This document shows, piece by piece, positions 27,758 through 38,377 of a DNA stretch of 64,000 nucleotides. The stretch comes from an uncultured virus (IMG/VR IMGVR_UViG_3300027734_000063). Taxonomy: Duplodnaviria; Heunggongvirae; Uroviricota; Caudoviricetes. The DNA lies in the IMG/VR virus record IMGVR_UViG_3300027734_000063; one strand, given 5' to 3'. The notes below the pieces were generated by a model that had not been told where the DNA came from, made no database searches, and was given only the letters and a program-made list of their open reading frames with translations. Position 1 is the stretch's first letter; each line of letters opens with the position of its first letter. Both the position numbers and the translations under genes were made by a program.

Positions 27758-30063
27758 GCTGGTAGGTATTTATACGCTTTCGTGTTTGCTGCAATATTCT
27801 TTGTCTTGGCTCTTTTTGCTTTGATACGATCCATCATCGCATATAAACGCTTGGCTCCAGCATCTGTTGATCCGTTACCAAGTTCAGAAACAATACGGGC
27901 TGGTATTACAAATTCACCTTCTGCTAAACGGGCTGGCTGTTTGCCATTAATGGTAGCTGGGATTGAATCGCTTACGCCATCACCAGGACCTCTAAGCAAA
28001 CGACCACCATCAGAGTAACCACCTAAGTGACCACCATGAGCATAACCTGTTAATCCACCGCCAGCATAATTTGGCTGAAATGCGGCACTTGCTAGTTGAG
28101 CCAGTCTTTCTTCTTCTGCTCTTTGTGCAGCTAATTTAGCTTCATTTGCAACGTAAGCTGGAGATCCTCTCATTAACAATGGATCAATTGCATATCCTTG
28201 GCTACCAACTGCTGGCATAGTCTGTGGTAATCCAGCTGGAGCTTGTGCATTGTAAGCTTGCATAGCACTTTGAATGTTGTATGGAAGAGCTTTATAGTCT
28301 GTATAAGATGGCTTGTAAATATGGGAATCTTTTGTTTCGCCACCTTCAGCGTAACGCATTAAACCGCCTTCTTTAGCATCTTTGCTTTCTGAATCTTTGG
28401 CAATTGCTTCTTTAGATTTTTGAGCAGCAGCAGCTTCTTGAGCTTGTTGAGCAGCTGGAGTATGGGTAATTGCACCCAAAGCACCAGTTTTCTTAATACC
28501 ACTTAATCCTTTAGGAAGAACCGCACCAGTTTTTCCTAAGTAATGGAGAGTGGCAGCCATAGAATCCATGTTTCTAGTTTCTGCATCTGGCGTGTAAATG
28601 CCTACATCTGGAATGTCATATTGCAAAGGTTTACGTCTAGTTGCAGTTTCTAAACCTTGTTGCATTTCATCTGCACTTCTAATCATGCTTCCGTAATCTG
28701 TACTACCTTTGTAGCCAGCTACGCCACCAGTAGCAAAAGTAGTCATGTTCTGTGGGTTTAACGGAGAGTTAAAGCCCATCTGTTGATCTACCATGCCACT
28801 TAAACCGCCTGGTTTTACTTCATTAGTTACAGATGGTGAATTGTAAGGAAGGGTCATTGCTTGAACAGTAGGTTCACTACCTGCTATGGTTGCAAATGGT
28901 GCTTGATTAGGCAAACTTGAACCTGTTTGTCTTTGTTGATTGGTAGCAAAAGGACCTAGACCGCCTTGTGGCTGTTGTGAATATTGCGCTCCACCCCAAG
29001 GTTGACCGCCAGCTGGTGTATAACCATTAGCGCTTTGGGCTTGGTTTTGCATACCAGGAAAGTTAAATTGACCTTGTAAATTTATTTGACCAGCTAAACC
29101 ACCTTCAGCCATCTTCATTACACCACCCTCAGCTGCTGAGGTATATGGGTTCTTTACATAGTCACGATAGACTGGTTGATAAGCTGGGTTAGGTTGTTCT
29201 GGAACAGAAGCATAAAAAATAGGTTTGCCATCTGCATCCCGTGGAATTTCTTTCATCCCAAAAGGATTCTTTTGACCTGTTGTTCCAGGCGCAGAACCAG
29301 AATTTCTATTAAATAAACCACTAGACCCAGCTAATAACGAAGTTCCTGCACCAAGAGCTGCTCCTGGGTTTGCACTAATAGCAGTACCCCATCCAGAAAG
29401 GCTAGTTGCACCTTGAAGCATATTATTGGCTGTGCCAGATCCCATAGCTGCATTAGCAGCACCAGCACCTCTAACTACATCAGCAGCGTTAGCACTAGTT
29501 AAATTGTTAGTCATGTTAGTAACTTGCTCTGCTGTCAAATTACCCATATTGCCAATTTGACTTTTTGCAATCTCTTCTGCACTTTTTCTTGCAACTTCTT
29601 GGGAAGTAAGGGCTGTAGCTTGTTCCGTAGCTACTGATGCTGCTTGTTGTTTAGCAAATTCTTCCGCTGCAGCTTCACCGCCTTGGGTTGCAAGAGTTCC
29701 TGCGCCAGCTTCAGCCAATCCAGTAGCCAATGAGCCACCAGACCAAGCAGATAAACCAGCCATAAGACCTTGTTGCAAACTGCCTGTCATGGCATAAGTA
29801 CCACCAGCAGAAAGAGCCATTGCTGCAGGAATTGCCCACCATTGGCCTGATGCTGCTGCAGCTGCACCTAATGCCATAGGCAATATGGTTTTTAACATTC
29901 CAGCTTCTGGAAGACCTGTGGAAGGGTTTACTGTAAGGGACTTGCCATGCGCTCTAGCCAGCTGTTGCATTGCCTTAAATTCACCAGAAGTCATGTGAAC
30001 CAGCATATCGTCTGATCCACGACCCTGTTCTTTTAGGTGCTTTGCAATGTGGTGAAGGCTCAT
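27754..30063 (-). CDS. putative internal virion/ejection protein
   Basis: GRGSDDMLVH...NPSTGLPEA start, hydrophobic segments, C-terminal GPGDGVSDSIPA...GEFVIPA; eight xxxGG motifs. Confidence 0.7.
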   Translation of the reverse strand: MSLHHIAKHLKEQGRGSDDMLVHMTSGEFKAMQQLARAHGKSLTVNPSTGLPEAGMLKTILPMALGAAAAASGQWWAIPAAMALSAGGTYAMTGSLQQGLMAGLSAWSGGSLATGLAEAGAGTLATQGGEAAAEEFAKQQAASVATEQATALTSQEVARKSAEEIAKSQIGNMGNLTAEQVTNMTNNLTSANAADVVRGAGAANAAMGSGTANNMLQGATSLSGWGTAISANPGAALGAGTSLLAGSSGLFNRNSGSAPGTTGQKNPFGMKEIPRDADGKPIFYASVPEQPNPAYQPVYRDYVKNPYTSAAEGGVMKMAEGGLAGQINLQGQFNFPGMQNQAQSANGYTPAGGQPWGGAQYSQQPQGGLGPFATNQQRQTGSSLPNQAPFATIAGSEPTVQAMTLPYNSPSVTNEVKPGGLSGMVDQQMGFNSPLNPQNMTTFATGGVAGYKGSTDYGSMIRSADEMQQGLETATRRKPLQYDIPDVGIYTPDAETRNMDSMAATLHYLGKTGAVLPKGLSGIKKTGALGAITHTPAAQQAQEAAAAQKSKEAIAKDSESKDAKEGGLMRYAEGGETKDSHIYKPSYTDYKALPYNIQSAMQAYNAQAPAGLPQTMPAVGSQGYAIDPLLMRGSPAYVANEAKLAAQRAEEERLAQLASAAFQPNYAGGGLTGYAHGGHLGGYSDGGRLLRGPGDGVSDSIPATINGKQPARLAEGEFVIPARIVSELGNGSTDAGAKRLYAMMDRIKAKRAKTKNIAANTKAYKYLPA

Positions 30064-30101
30064 AAACTACCTTTGAGGTTATTTTGTGCTAAGTTTATCA
30101 T

Positions 30102-30398
30102 TTAAACAGTCGTTCCGTCAGCTTTTTTCCATACTGTACCGTTCCACCAAATTGGTCTATCTAGCGTAGTGTCATAGTAATACTGCCCTATTGCAAGCGG
30201 TATGTTTGTTGTGGATAAAGGTCTGTTAGCTGTAATGCCAGACATTGGAATTGCAGCTGCCTGAGTAAAGTTATCTATCTGGTTAAAATAAAGACGAAGA
30301 GCGTTATTCAGTTGTTCCTGATACTGCTGTGGAGCATTAATCGTAGCACTTGGTAAGTTAGGTGCTTTTGATGGGCGTAAAGGTGCGTTATATGTCAT
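30102..30398 (-). CDS. putative virion protein
   Basis: LNNALRLYFNQID helix; GQYYYDTTLDRPIWWNGTVW module. Confidence 0.7.
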   Translation of the reverse strand: MTYNAPLRPSKAPNLPSATINAPQQYQEQLNNALRLYFNQIDNFTQAAAIPMSGITANRPLSTTNIPLAIGQYYYDTTLDRPIWWNGTVWKKADGTTV

Positions 30399-32794
30399 CT
30401 TCTTCCGTCTGGACGAATATCAATACGAGGATTACCCAGTTGCCATGCTACTCCCAGGCTGTTAGATTCAATTCTAAAGGCTAGTTGCCTACCTCGTAAA
30501 CGGGTATAGACCTGACCAGTAAACTCTTGAATGTTGTAAACGTGCCTAGAGGCAAAGTTATCTTGGCTGGTTACTTGTGGGTTATTAGCCGTTCCATAAG
30601 GAGTTCCTGAGTTAACCCGTGGCTTAACCGTCATAGTTACAAATGGCTGGTTAGTATCAGAGCCGTTAAAGTTAACGTCAGGCAATATACGCCACACAAA
30701 ACCGAAGTTGTGTCCATCACCAATGTCAAAATCAGAAGACTGCACATAAGCATCAATAGGTAGTGGGGTTAACCCTGATACATCGTCAACTCCATCTTCA
30801 TGGTTAAGGATGCGATTGTTATAGTCTGTAGCAATTGGAAAAGGTTGTAATCCAGTCTCTAGCCAAGCTGTTCTTGCCATAGATCCATAGTACCAAACGT
30901 TATCCAAGTAATTGTAAACAACGTATTTATCCACAGTTGTACCACCGCTAGACTGGCTTACATAGAACCACCAAACTTCGTTATACCCCTCGTTTAATCC
31001 AGCAAAAACTTGATAACCTTGGTCTTGGTTTAGATCTTCAAAGATGTATTGACGGATGGTGCAGTTCAAGGTTTGGACGTTACCTGAATACATATAGAAC
31101 TTATCCCGACCCATCCAGTAAGTAACATTGTTAACTGTAATAGCTGCGTTAGGAGAGATGATTGAAATGTTATCCATCAAAACCTGGAATCCCCAGACAT
31201 AAGGAGCGCCAAGGTATTGCATAGAGTAAATGGCTGAATCAGTCCAAACCAAGATCTCTTGACGGGTTGCTCTAGCGCACATAATGTAAGAGCCATTTGT
31301 TAGTGCAAACTCACCTGATTGGTTAGTAACTGCGGGAACCCATTCATATGGATTAGCCTGGTCTGACCAACGAACCAGCATAGGGTTAAAAGAAGTATTA
31401 GGAGTGCCAGATGTGTATCCGTTAGCTCCAAATGCAATTACAAAACGCTGAATAGCAGAAGAAACTATTTGATTGGTTTGAGTAGGAACATAAGTCCCAG
31501 CATATCCAGCAGCAGTAGATAAGGTAGATAAATATTTAGCTCTTACTGCTACGCCAGAAGCCGCTTCCCAATAGAATATACCGCCTCCACGGGGCGCTAA
31601 AACAAGGTTTTGACCATAATTGTCAGCTGACCAAAGGCGTAACTGGTTAGCTACCCCAGTAGAAGCAGCTGCTCCCCAGCCACGAGTACCAAATTGAGGA
31701 TAAGCTACTACCGTACCGCCTCCAGATGCAGCAGAGGTAGAGATAATATCGCCTATTCCACCATCTAAATTGATAGTAAATGCGTTAGTGGTTACGTTGG
31801 CAATTGTAAAGGTAGATACAAAGTCATCGGCAATAATGCCGTCTACCGCTGCACTAACAGCCAAAGACACATAGTTGCCAGCAGAAAGCCCGTGGGCTGT
31901 GTAAGAAACAGTATAAGTACCGCAACCTACATTTGCCCCAGTTGTATGAGCTGCTGCAGTAGTGCTGTTGTATCCACGGGTTAACCCTGATAAGGTATTA
32001 ACAGACTTGGTGGTGTAGGCAATTAGCTCGTTATCAATCTTAATTACCCCAGAGTTAGGGAATGTAGTACCTGAAGTTAATACAATGCTGGTAGAACCAG
32101 AAGTAATTGTGCCGTTTAAGGTGCTAAAAGCAGATGCAATAGGATTGGCTGCCAAAGTAACAGGAACGGTAGGAGACCATGCACCAGCGCTCCAACCTGT
32201 GGCAGAAGCTGCATTATCTAAGCCAATAGGATACTCATACTGGGCAGTTACTGTACCGCCTCCAGTACCGCTGGTAGATGCCGTAGTAGAAGCTGTAATC
32301 TGGTAAGAAATACCAGTTAAAACTTCGGTTACTGTGTATTCACCACTAATGGTCAAGCCGCCTACAGTAGCCGTGCTGGTAAAAATAACGTAGTCACCTT
32401 TACTTGGCACAAGTCCGCTGACTGTATCAGTAACAGTAATGATGGCAGATCCAGCTACAGCAACAAAAGGATTGGCTGTTAGGGTCGTAGTGGTTGAGCT
32501 AGAACTATTTAAAAGAAAAGGGGTAACGTCATAATAATTACCGCCCTTTTCAATGTAATACTTTTTGCTGGTTCCAACGCCAATAAAGTTATTGCTGGAT
32601 AAATCTACCCAATTCCATAAAGAACGGCAAGTACCTAAAAAAGTCTCATTTGAATACCGTGTCCATCCTCCAATTTTCTCTGGGTTTCCAGAACGAAAAC
32701 GAATGTTGTCACAGTCGTAGTAACCACCCTCATTGGAGTAGTTAGTACCTTCCCTGTTTACACCAGGTCTAAATGCTAATTTTTGTAATGGCAT
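30395..32794 (-). CDS. tail nozzle/stabilisation-like protein with inserted beta modules
   Basis: 799 aa; PGVNRE start, VRWSDQ, EVWWFY, terminal PDGRR; T/S/G-rich insert. Confidence 0.7.
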   Translation of the reverse strand: MPLQKLAFRPGVNREGTNYSNEGGYYDCDNIRFRSGNPEKIGGWTRYSNETFLGTCRSLWNWVDLSSNNFIGVGTSKKYYIEKGGNYYDVTPFLLNSSSSTTTTLTANPFVAVAGSAIITVTDTVSGLVPSKGDYVIFTSTATVGGLTISGEYTVTEVLTGISYQITASTTASTSGTGGGTVTAQYEYPIGLDNAASATGWSAGAWSPTVPVTLAANPIASAFSTLNGTITSGSTSIVLTSGTTFPNSGVIKIDNELIAYTTKSVNTLSGLTRGYNSTTAAAHTTGANVGCGTYTVSYTAHGLSAGNYVSLAVSAAVDGIIADDFVSTFTIANVTTNAFTINLDGGIGDIISTSAASGGGTVVAYPQFGTRGWGAAASTGVANQLRLWSADNYGQNLVLAPRGGGIFYWEAASGVAVRAKYLSTLSTAAGYAGTYVPTQTNQIVSSAIQRFVIAFGANGYTSGTPNTSFNPMLVRWSDQANPYEWVPAVTNQSGEFALTNGSYIMCARATRQEILVWTDSAIYSMQYLGAPYVWGFQVLMDNISIISPNAAITVNNVTYWMGRDKFYMYSGNVQTLNCTIRQYIFEDLNQDQGYQVFAGLNEGYNEVWWFYVSQSSGGTTVDKYVVYNYLDNVWYYGSMARTAWLETGLQPFPIATDYNNRILNHEDGVDDVSGLTPLPIDAYVQSSDFDIGDGHNFGFVWRILPDVNFNGSDTNQPFVTMTVKPRVNSGTPYGTANNPQVTSQDNFASRHVYNIQEFTGQVYTRLRGRQLAFRIESNSLGVAWQLGNPRIDIRPDGRR

Positions 32795-32800
32795 ACGGGT

Positions 32801-33391
32801 TTACCCTAGAGCTTCTAAAGCCTTGGTTGTTTTGGCAATACGATCATCCAGACCAATAGTTCCACCATTAATCCGTTTTGTAATAATGCCATGTTCTTGA
32901 GCATCTGCCAACTCGTTTAGACCATGTTTATTCCAAAACCAGCCAGCGCTTAAAGTCGCATATTCAGGATCAAGTAACCGATCAGGATCCCCGACAAGAT
33001 CCACACCCATACTAGATCCGCATCGCTCATAGTTATCCTTGCCAGTTAGCTGGATAAGACCTCTTCCGTGGTACTTCCAGCCATCTCCATCTTCCGTATT
33101 TCCCATACGTCCAGAGTAAACCTTATTGGCTATCATCTGTGGATTATTAGCGTATTTGCTGGCGGTGTCCATATCTGGAAAACGGCTAGGCCAGACTTTC
33201 ATCAAGGATTCAGCTTTGTAATGAAGGTTCTCTTCTAACGTCTTGAAGTTCCCAGACTCATGGGAGCATTGACCAATAAACGCAGCCTGGCGCTTTGGCG
33301 TATTAATCTCGTACTTATCAAAGGTAGCCTGTAATGGTTCTTCCCATTTAGGATCAATACCAAGGGCATTAAGTGCGTTACTTAGACTCAT
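32801..33391 (-). CDS. glycoside hydrolase family 19 endolysin
   Basis: AAFIGQCSHES, YHGRGLIQLTG, AGWFW, ITKRINGG. Confidence 0.92.
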   Translation of the reverse strand: MSLSNALNALGIDPKWEEPLQATFDKYEINTPKRQAAFIGQCSHESGNFKTLEENLHYKAESLMKVWPSRFPDMDTASKYANNPQMIANKVYSGRMGNTEDGDGWKYHGRGLIQLTGKDNYERCGSSMGVDLVGDPDRLLDPEYATLSAGWFWNKHGLNELADAQEHGIITKRINGGTIGLDDRIAKTTKALEALG

Positions 33392-33788
33392 CTTTTGCTC
33401 TCTTCATATCCATAATCTTTTCAAGGGTGCGACCGCCAAAGTAAAACGACATAATCAACATACCCCATTGACCTAGTAGTTCTACATAGTTGTTGTTTAC
33501 TTCTATATCCCAAGCGGACATCATAGCAAAGGTAGAGTAGACAACCAAAATAAATACAAGGGTGGCTGGTCTAATGTTCTTGGATAACGTAGAGTCAGAA
33601 GCCATATCAGCTTGCTGTCTTTTAGTAAGCTCTTGTTGCTCTGCAGTATCTGCTGCAATTTGAGCCAGCTCGCCATTCTGTTGCATCTCAAGTAGTTTGA
33701 GTTTTGCTTGTTCTGCTTGTGCAGGATCAGGAAAGACTTTATCTAAAATCTTACCGCCAATATCTATTAGTGCGCCTAGTGGAAACAT
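33378..33788 (-). CDS. holin (3TM/GTA-holin-like)
   Basis: SKNIRP, two hydrophobic segments, FYFGGRTLEK; overlaps endolysin start. Confidence 0.8.
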   Translation of the reverse strand: MFPLGALIDIGGKILDKVFPDPAQAEQAKLKLLEMQQNGELAQIAADTAEQQELTKRQQADMASDSTLSKNIRPATLVFILVVYSTFAMMSAWDIEVNNNYVELLGQWGMLIMSFYFGGRTLEKIMDMKRAKDESK

Positions 33789-34054
33789 TATTTTCTCGCT
33801 TTCTCTCGTTCTTCAAGTAACTGTACTTTAACTTGTAATTGATGAATATCTTTATAAACTTCTTCTTTAAGCCTATGCCTTGCTTCAGCAGAAAGTGGAG
33901 AATCAGTTGGCACATTTTCTTTGGTAATTAAAGCTGGCATCTGTCCTTCAATTTTGGTAAGTCGTGTAGAAAAGTCTGATACTTGACCTAATAACCAAGC
34001 TAAACACGCTACAACAATCGGCAATACCGCTTTTAAAATATCTTGGATATTCAT
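33788..34054 (-). CDS. membrane-anchored coiled-coil protein
   Basis: N-terminal hydrophobic helix; in lysis cluster. Confidence 0.7.
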   Translation of the reverse strand: MNIQDILKAVLPIVVACLAWLLGQVSDFSTRLTKIEGQMPALITKENVPTDSPLSAEARHRLKEEVYKDIHQLQVKVQLLEEREKARK

Positions 34055-34510
34055 TTAAAATGCTCCTAAAATAAACTTAAGCCACAGCGTCACAATCAAC
34101 GCAGCAACAAAACAATAAAACTGCACCCGCCTTACATCTTTAAGATCATGCTGGAACTCTTCGTTGGCTTTACGTTCCATGTTCTCAATATCTAACTTAA
34201 TCTTTAATACTGCTTCCCATTCTTTAGCACCGTACTGCTTAACAAACTTAATCTTTAAATCAGCCTCCTCATCGGAGATTTGCTTCTTATGTTTCCAAGA
34301 TTCAAGCGCTTTAATTAACGCTTTTTCTTTTCTAAACTCTGCTTCTCTAGCTGCCCTACGTCTTTCTTGAGCTTTTTGTTGGGCTACATCTACTGCATCT
34401 TGTTGTACATTTTCTATCTGTTTAGAGATAGATTTAGCGGCTTCTCTGCTGCCATCTAAGCCAGCACTAAGCCCCTTTACCCCCTCGGTAAGTCCTAATG
34501 GATCTGCCAT
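34055..34510 (-). CDS. coiled-coil protein with C-terminal TM helix
   Basis: Charged helix plus FYCFVAALIVTLWLKFILGAF. Confidence 0.7.
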   Translation of the reverse strand: MADPLGLTEGVKGLSAGLDGSREAAKSISKQIENVQQDAVDVAQQKAQERRRAAREAEFRKEKALIKALESWKHKKQISDEEADLKIKFVKQYGAKEWEAVLKIKLDIENMERKANEEFQHDLKDVRRVQFYCFVAALIVTLWLKFILGAF

Positions 34511-34518
34511 AATTCACT

Positions 34519-35280
34519 TTAAGCACTTTGTCTTAAACCTTTTGTAACGTATTTTTGTCTCATAGATTCAATTCTGGCTAAATCATCTGCATCCAAAACA
34601 GTCTCTTCCATTGTTTTTCTAAACTGGATGGCATAGTCTTCAAGCTGTTCTATGCTTCCATTGTATTGAAAATTCTGGGTAATTTTCTGGGTGTCATACG
34701 CATCCATAATGATGTGATAACGGTCTTCATCCGAATCGTTACGAATCTGATGCCAGTTGTTTACCCATACCATATAGGCTTTGCCAGCTTCCATGTGTAG
34801 GTTTGTACCATCGGAAATAAACAGGCACCTCTTATTAGTAAATAAAGGGATATGAATCCTGGCTATGTATTCTGTAAGCTCACCATCGGTATGCACTAAT
34901 GACTTGCAATGCGCCTTTAGACAAGTCACTCTGGCTCTTCTGGGTGTTAAGCCTAGCTTGGCAATTTGATCTAAGATATTTTTAATCTCACCTACACAAG
35001 CTTGGGTAGGCTTCTTATATTCCATTGAATGGGCTATGTTTAGATACTTCATGGCTTTCATATTAATGTCAGCCTTATCAGCGCCTTGATAGAACTCAAA
35101 GCCATCCTGCCAATCACCAGTACGGGATAACAGACTCCAGCCACCAAAACCTTGATACTGAGGAGTCTCGTATTCCTCACCCTGAATAACCTGATTGCCA
35201 AGCGGAAATACGCTACGCTTGACCTCTTCCCGTAAGGCATCAATGTCAAACTTAAGAAAGTCTAGCTCTTCGTAAAACAT
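34519..35280 (-). CDS. Asp/Asn beta-hydroxylase-like Fe(II)/2OG oxygenase
   Basis: HTD...RIHIPLFTN...WHQIRN...RYHIIMD (HxD...H triad plus Arg). Confidence 0.85.
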   Translation of the reverse strand: MFYEELDFLKFDIDALREEVKRSVFPLGNQVIQGEEYETPQYQGFGGWSLLSRTGDWQDGFEFYQGADKADINMKAMKYLNIAHSMEYKKPTQACVGEIKNILDQIAKLGLTPRRARVTCLKAHCKSLVHTDGELTEYIARIHIPLFTNKRCLFISDGTNLHMEAGKAYMVWVNNWHQIRNDSDEDRYHIIMDAYDTQKITQNFQYNGSIEQLEDYAIQFRKTMEETVLDADDLARIESMRQKYVTKGLRQSA

Positions 35281-35810
35281 TAGATATGCCCAGTTTCAGC
35301 CAGCATCCTGCAGACTTGCTCGTAATTGTATTTAGGTGTCCCCATGCAGATTGCCACTCTTTCATCTAAACCATTAATAGGTTCTACAGCATGAGGGTTA
35401 GTTACATCTAAGCACCAGGCATCGCCAACTTCAGCTACAAACGAACTAACCTCTGTTAACCCATCAGGGTCAAAAACGTAGCCGTTAGTCTGGCTTTCTA
35501 TTTGGGATATAGAGAACTCTGGCTTGGTTTCATAAAAGACTGTCCTGCAAGGCTTAGTCTTTACATAGAAGTTAATCGTGGTCTTAATCTCGCTATCGGT
35601 ATGGGGAGGGATGGCTTGATTAATCTGCATCATAGACAAATAGAAGTCTTTGACATATCTAGGCGGAATAACTTTGATAACTGACAATGGGTCAATATCA
35701 ACGTCAAAATACTCTATAGCACCGCCATAGGATACTTGCTTGCCCATCGCAAAAAACTCAAGGTTGTTGAACTTCGTCTTCAGCTTTTGGTGCATTTTTC
35801 CATGCCTCAT
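35280..35810 (-). CDS. Fe(II)/2OG oxygenase-like (cupin) protein
   Basis: IPPHTD...INFY...LDVTNPHAV...ERV; start may be 35795. Confidence 0.75.
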   Translation of the reverse strand: MRHGKMHQKLKTKFNNLEFFAMGKQVSYGGAIEYFDVDIDPLSVIKVIPPRYVKDFYLSMMQINQAIPPHTDSEIKTTINFYVKTKPCRTVFYETKPEFSISQIESQTNGYVFDPDGLTEVSSFVAEVGDAWCLDVTNPHAVEPINGLDERVAICMGTPKYNYEQVCRMLAETGHI

Positions 35811-36093
35811 ATTGACGAATCATTTCATGTGCCTGAGTTACATCACCATTCATGTTCCAGGAGTTGCCTAGAACGTGTTCAATTAGCGGAATACCATCGT
35901 GCAATAGTTCACGCAATACATCAGAATACTCTGATAACATCTTGAAAAGCTTAACTTTTTTATCTGGTGACATCGTAACAATGTCATGCCCAAGCTGGGT
36001 ATCAAAGAAATGGATAACGTGCTGACGATACAGCTCGGTATCTTCCATCCTTGTGTACTCTGCTACAGGGACTATGCTTTCTGTGTTTTCCAT
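35758..36093 (-). CDS. hypothetical protein
   Basis: AAGG RBS; overlaps both neighbours. Confidence 0.7.
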   Translation of the reverse strand: MENTESIVPVAEYTRMEDTELYRQHVIHFFDTQLGHDIVTMSPDKKVKLFKMLSEYSDVLRELLHDGIPLIEHVLGNSWNMNGDVTQAHEMIRQYEAWKNAPKAEDEVQQP

Positions 36094-36938
36094 GAAATAC
36101 CTTTGATGTTTAAGTTTGCTTTGGCGGTGTAATAGCTAAAGAAGAATAGCGCCCACATAGTCCAAGTAGCAACAAAGTCAGGCACTACACGCTTCTTAGG
36201 CAATAGGAATACCAGCTTACAGATAGGTCTACCAATTTTCATAATGGTACGACCCATATCGTTATCAGACTTAGTAGCCCCCATGAGGTAAGCCATATGC
36301 TGAGACCAAGGAGTAGCAATCTTATATGCCCATTTGGTAGCTGCTTCTTTCTGTTTGCGCTTACGGGTAGCCTCATCTCTGATCCAGATCATAAAGTCTG
36401 GTCCACCACCATCAATCCAAGCGGTAACGTTTCTAGCCCATTTAATGTAGCCACGGTAAACGATGCGGTCATTAGTCTTGAGCCATTCACCATAGGCCTG
36501 GTCAGCAACGAAGATGTCATAAGGCATCATGCCAATCTCATAGAGCTTGGTGCAGATAATCTTAGAGCAAGCACAGTTACAGTTGCAGTTATAAGTGGTA
36601 GCAGTAGCCACGCAGTTATAAGTACAGGCGCAGTTACAGTTAGTCTGTAACCATGATTGAGTCTGGTCTGTACTGCAATTGACCGTACCCCCGTATAGGC
36701 AGTTAGAACATTGGATGTTTCCGCAGTTACAGTTTGTTGCGCAGTTACCATTATCGCAATTTCCTGGCGCAGTTTTGAGGTAATACGTTAATCCATAGAA
36801 AGCACTTAAATTAGGCGTAGCTGGTGGGGTAAGTATTAAGGTGTTTAGAAATTGCAAGTTATTGGAGTAGGTAGAAGCCTGTCCAACTTCTACGTTGATA
36901 GCACTAATTGCTATTGGTCCTGAAGATGGTAATGTCAT
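36072..36938 (-). CDS. Cys/Asn-rich tail-tip adhesin-like protein with C-terminal KIICT domain; candidate rSAM substrate
   Basis: MTLPSSGPIAISAINVE start; 15 Cys in ~65 aa, 12 as Asn-Cys; then SKIICTKLY...GYIKWA and a hydrophobic C-terminus. Confidence 0.75.
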   Translation of the reverse strand: MTLPSSGPIAISAINVEVGQASTYSNNLQFLNTLILTPPATPNLSAFYGLTYYLKTAPGNCDNGNCATNCNCGNIQCSNCLYGGTVNCSTDQTQSWLQTNCNCACTYNCVATATTYNCNCNCACSKIICTKLYEIGMMPYDIFVADQAYGEWLKTNDRIVYRGYIKWARNVTAWIDGGGPDFMIWIRDEATRKRKQKEAATKWAYKIATPWSQHMAYLMGATKSDNDMGRTIMKIGRPICKLVFLLPKKRVVPDFVATWTMWALFFFSYYTAKANLNIKGISWKTQKA

Positions 36939-38377
36939 GCTGCTACCCTCGATTTTCCATAGATTTCTACATCATCAATCTTAGCCACAATCTCGCTGAC
37001 TACCTTAATTGGAATAACCCTTTTAGGGGTTTCTTTATGCTCATAGATTGTTCCAAATACATCTTGACGCTCTAATGGCAACGCATCATTCTTAATCAAT
37101 GTAGGAATGTAACCTGTCATTTTGTGCATTGCAAGAGCAAATAAAGCCACGTTATCTGAGTACGCATTGGCGCAGGAGATGTCCCAGAACTTCTTGTCTA
37201 GGAACATACAAGCGCCCTTACAGAGGTGAAGAACTGGGCAGGAAGAACATTCTTTACGGCTAGACCAATGGGTAGAGGTCTTGATCTCTACATTGTCATA
37301 GTCATCTAAAGTGCCACCCAAATGAGATTCACCGTTCTTAGAAGTCTCTACTGCGCTGACATTCTGGCAGGTTAAGACGTTACCTTTGAGGTCTACGGCT
37401 AGAACGTGTTCATTGTCCATGCCGCATTTTTGCCCTAGATATTTAGAATTCTGACGGGATAAAACCGCACCAGTAAAGTTGTTAATCTTGTCTAATTGCA
37501 TCTTAAAAGCAATGTCACCATCGGTAGAGAAGATGTCAGCAAACGCTGTTCTACGGAACTCAAAGTGATCCTGAAGGCTTTGTAGGGAGTTAGTAATGCC
37601 ATCCTCATCGTAAGCATCCACGATACCGCCTTCGCCTAATGAGATATTAGGATCGCCTGTTAGTTCTCTAAACCAGTCAGAGATCTCTTTACGGCTCTTA
37701 TTGTTGCGGGACAGCATAGAGTTAAAACTGATACCCTTTTTGAGACGGGTCATCTGGCGGTAAAAGCCAAGGATTAATTCTTTCTTAACTGGGTCATCAA
37801 AAGGATCTGGACCACGGACAGACTGCCCAGGACCATCATGAGAGATAGAGACAGTAAAGTCCATCATCATTAGCCAGTCAATGATCTCTTCAGTCAGGAT
37901 AGATCCGTTGGTAATAATGGAGAACTGGGGTTTCTTTTCCCAATGCTCAAACTTAGCCTGGATAGCTTCTGCCAAAGGTTTGAGGGTTTTCCAATAAACC
38001 AATGGCTCACCGCCCCAGAACTCTACCTTTAAGCCGTTTTCTTCAACAAAGTGGAGCTTTTCCATCTTTTCTAAGAAAGCGCTAATGTCTTTAGGGGAGG
38101 TTGAGTCTGAACGCTCTACAAACTTTTGGGAGCAATAGTCGCAGGAATAGTTACATCCCAAGCCTAACTGGATTTTAAGTAAACCAATGTTCTTAGACTT
38201 TTTAAGTGGGTGGTCTTTGTCAAACGGCACAAAAGGCTTGTTATCTACTGTTGGCATCTGATCGTCAGGAAACTTAAATACAGTACCATCTGCCCCTTCT
38301 AGAACGTTTGTTTCGTTATCGTAGAAGAAGACCTTCTTCTCGTTAGCGCTGCGTTCAGCGTGTATCTCAAAGAGCAT
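36935..38377 (-). CDS. radical SAM enzyme with SPASM domain
   Basis: CNYSCDYC, FWGGEP, ITNG, ISHDG; SPASM-type KCG...TCQ...CSSCPVLHLCKGAC...SC. Confidence 0.93.
   Translation of the reverse strand: MLFEIHAERSANEKKVFFYDNETNVLEGADGTVFKFPDDQMPTVDNKPFVPFDKDHPLKKSKNIGLLKIQLGLGCNYSCDYCSQKFVERSDSTSPKDISAFLEKMEKLHFVEENGLKVEFWGGEPLVYWKTLKPLAEAIQAKFEHWEKKPQFSIITNGSILTEEIIDWLMMMDFTVSISHDGPGQSVRGPDPFDDPVKKELILGFYRQMTRLKKGISFNSMLSRNNKSRKEISDWFRELTGDPNISLGEGGIVDAYDEDGITNSLQSLQDHFEFRRTAFADIFSTDGDIAFKMQLDKINNFTGAVLSRQNSKYLGQKCGMDNEHVLAVDLKGNVLTCQNVSAVETSKNGESHLGGTLDDYDNVEIKTSTHWSSRKECSSCPVLHLCKGACMFLDKKFWDISCANAYSDNVALFALAMHKMTGYIPTLIKNDALPLERQDVFGTIYEHKETPKRVIPIKVVSEIVAKIDDVEIYGKSRVAA

Noticed and set aside
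36935..38377. Radical SAM gene as QueE/7-deazaguanine pathway, RNR activase or sulfatase maturase
   Set aside because: No queC/queD/folE/dpdA, nrdD or sulfatase in the window; SPASM domain and Cys-rich neighbour favour peptide modification
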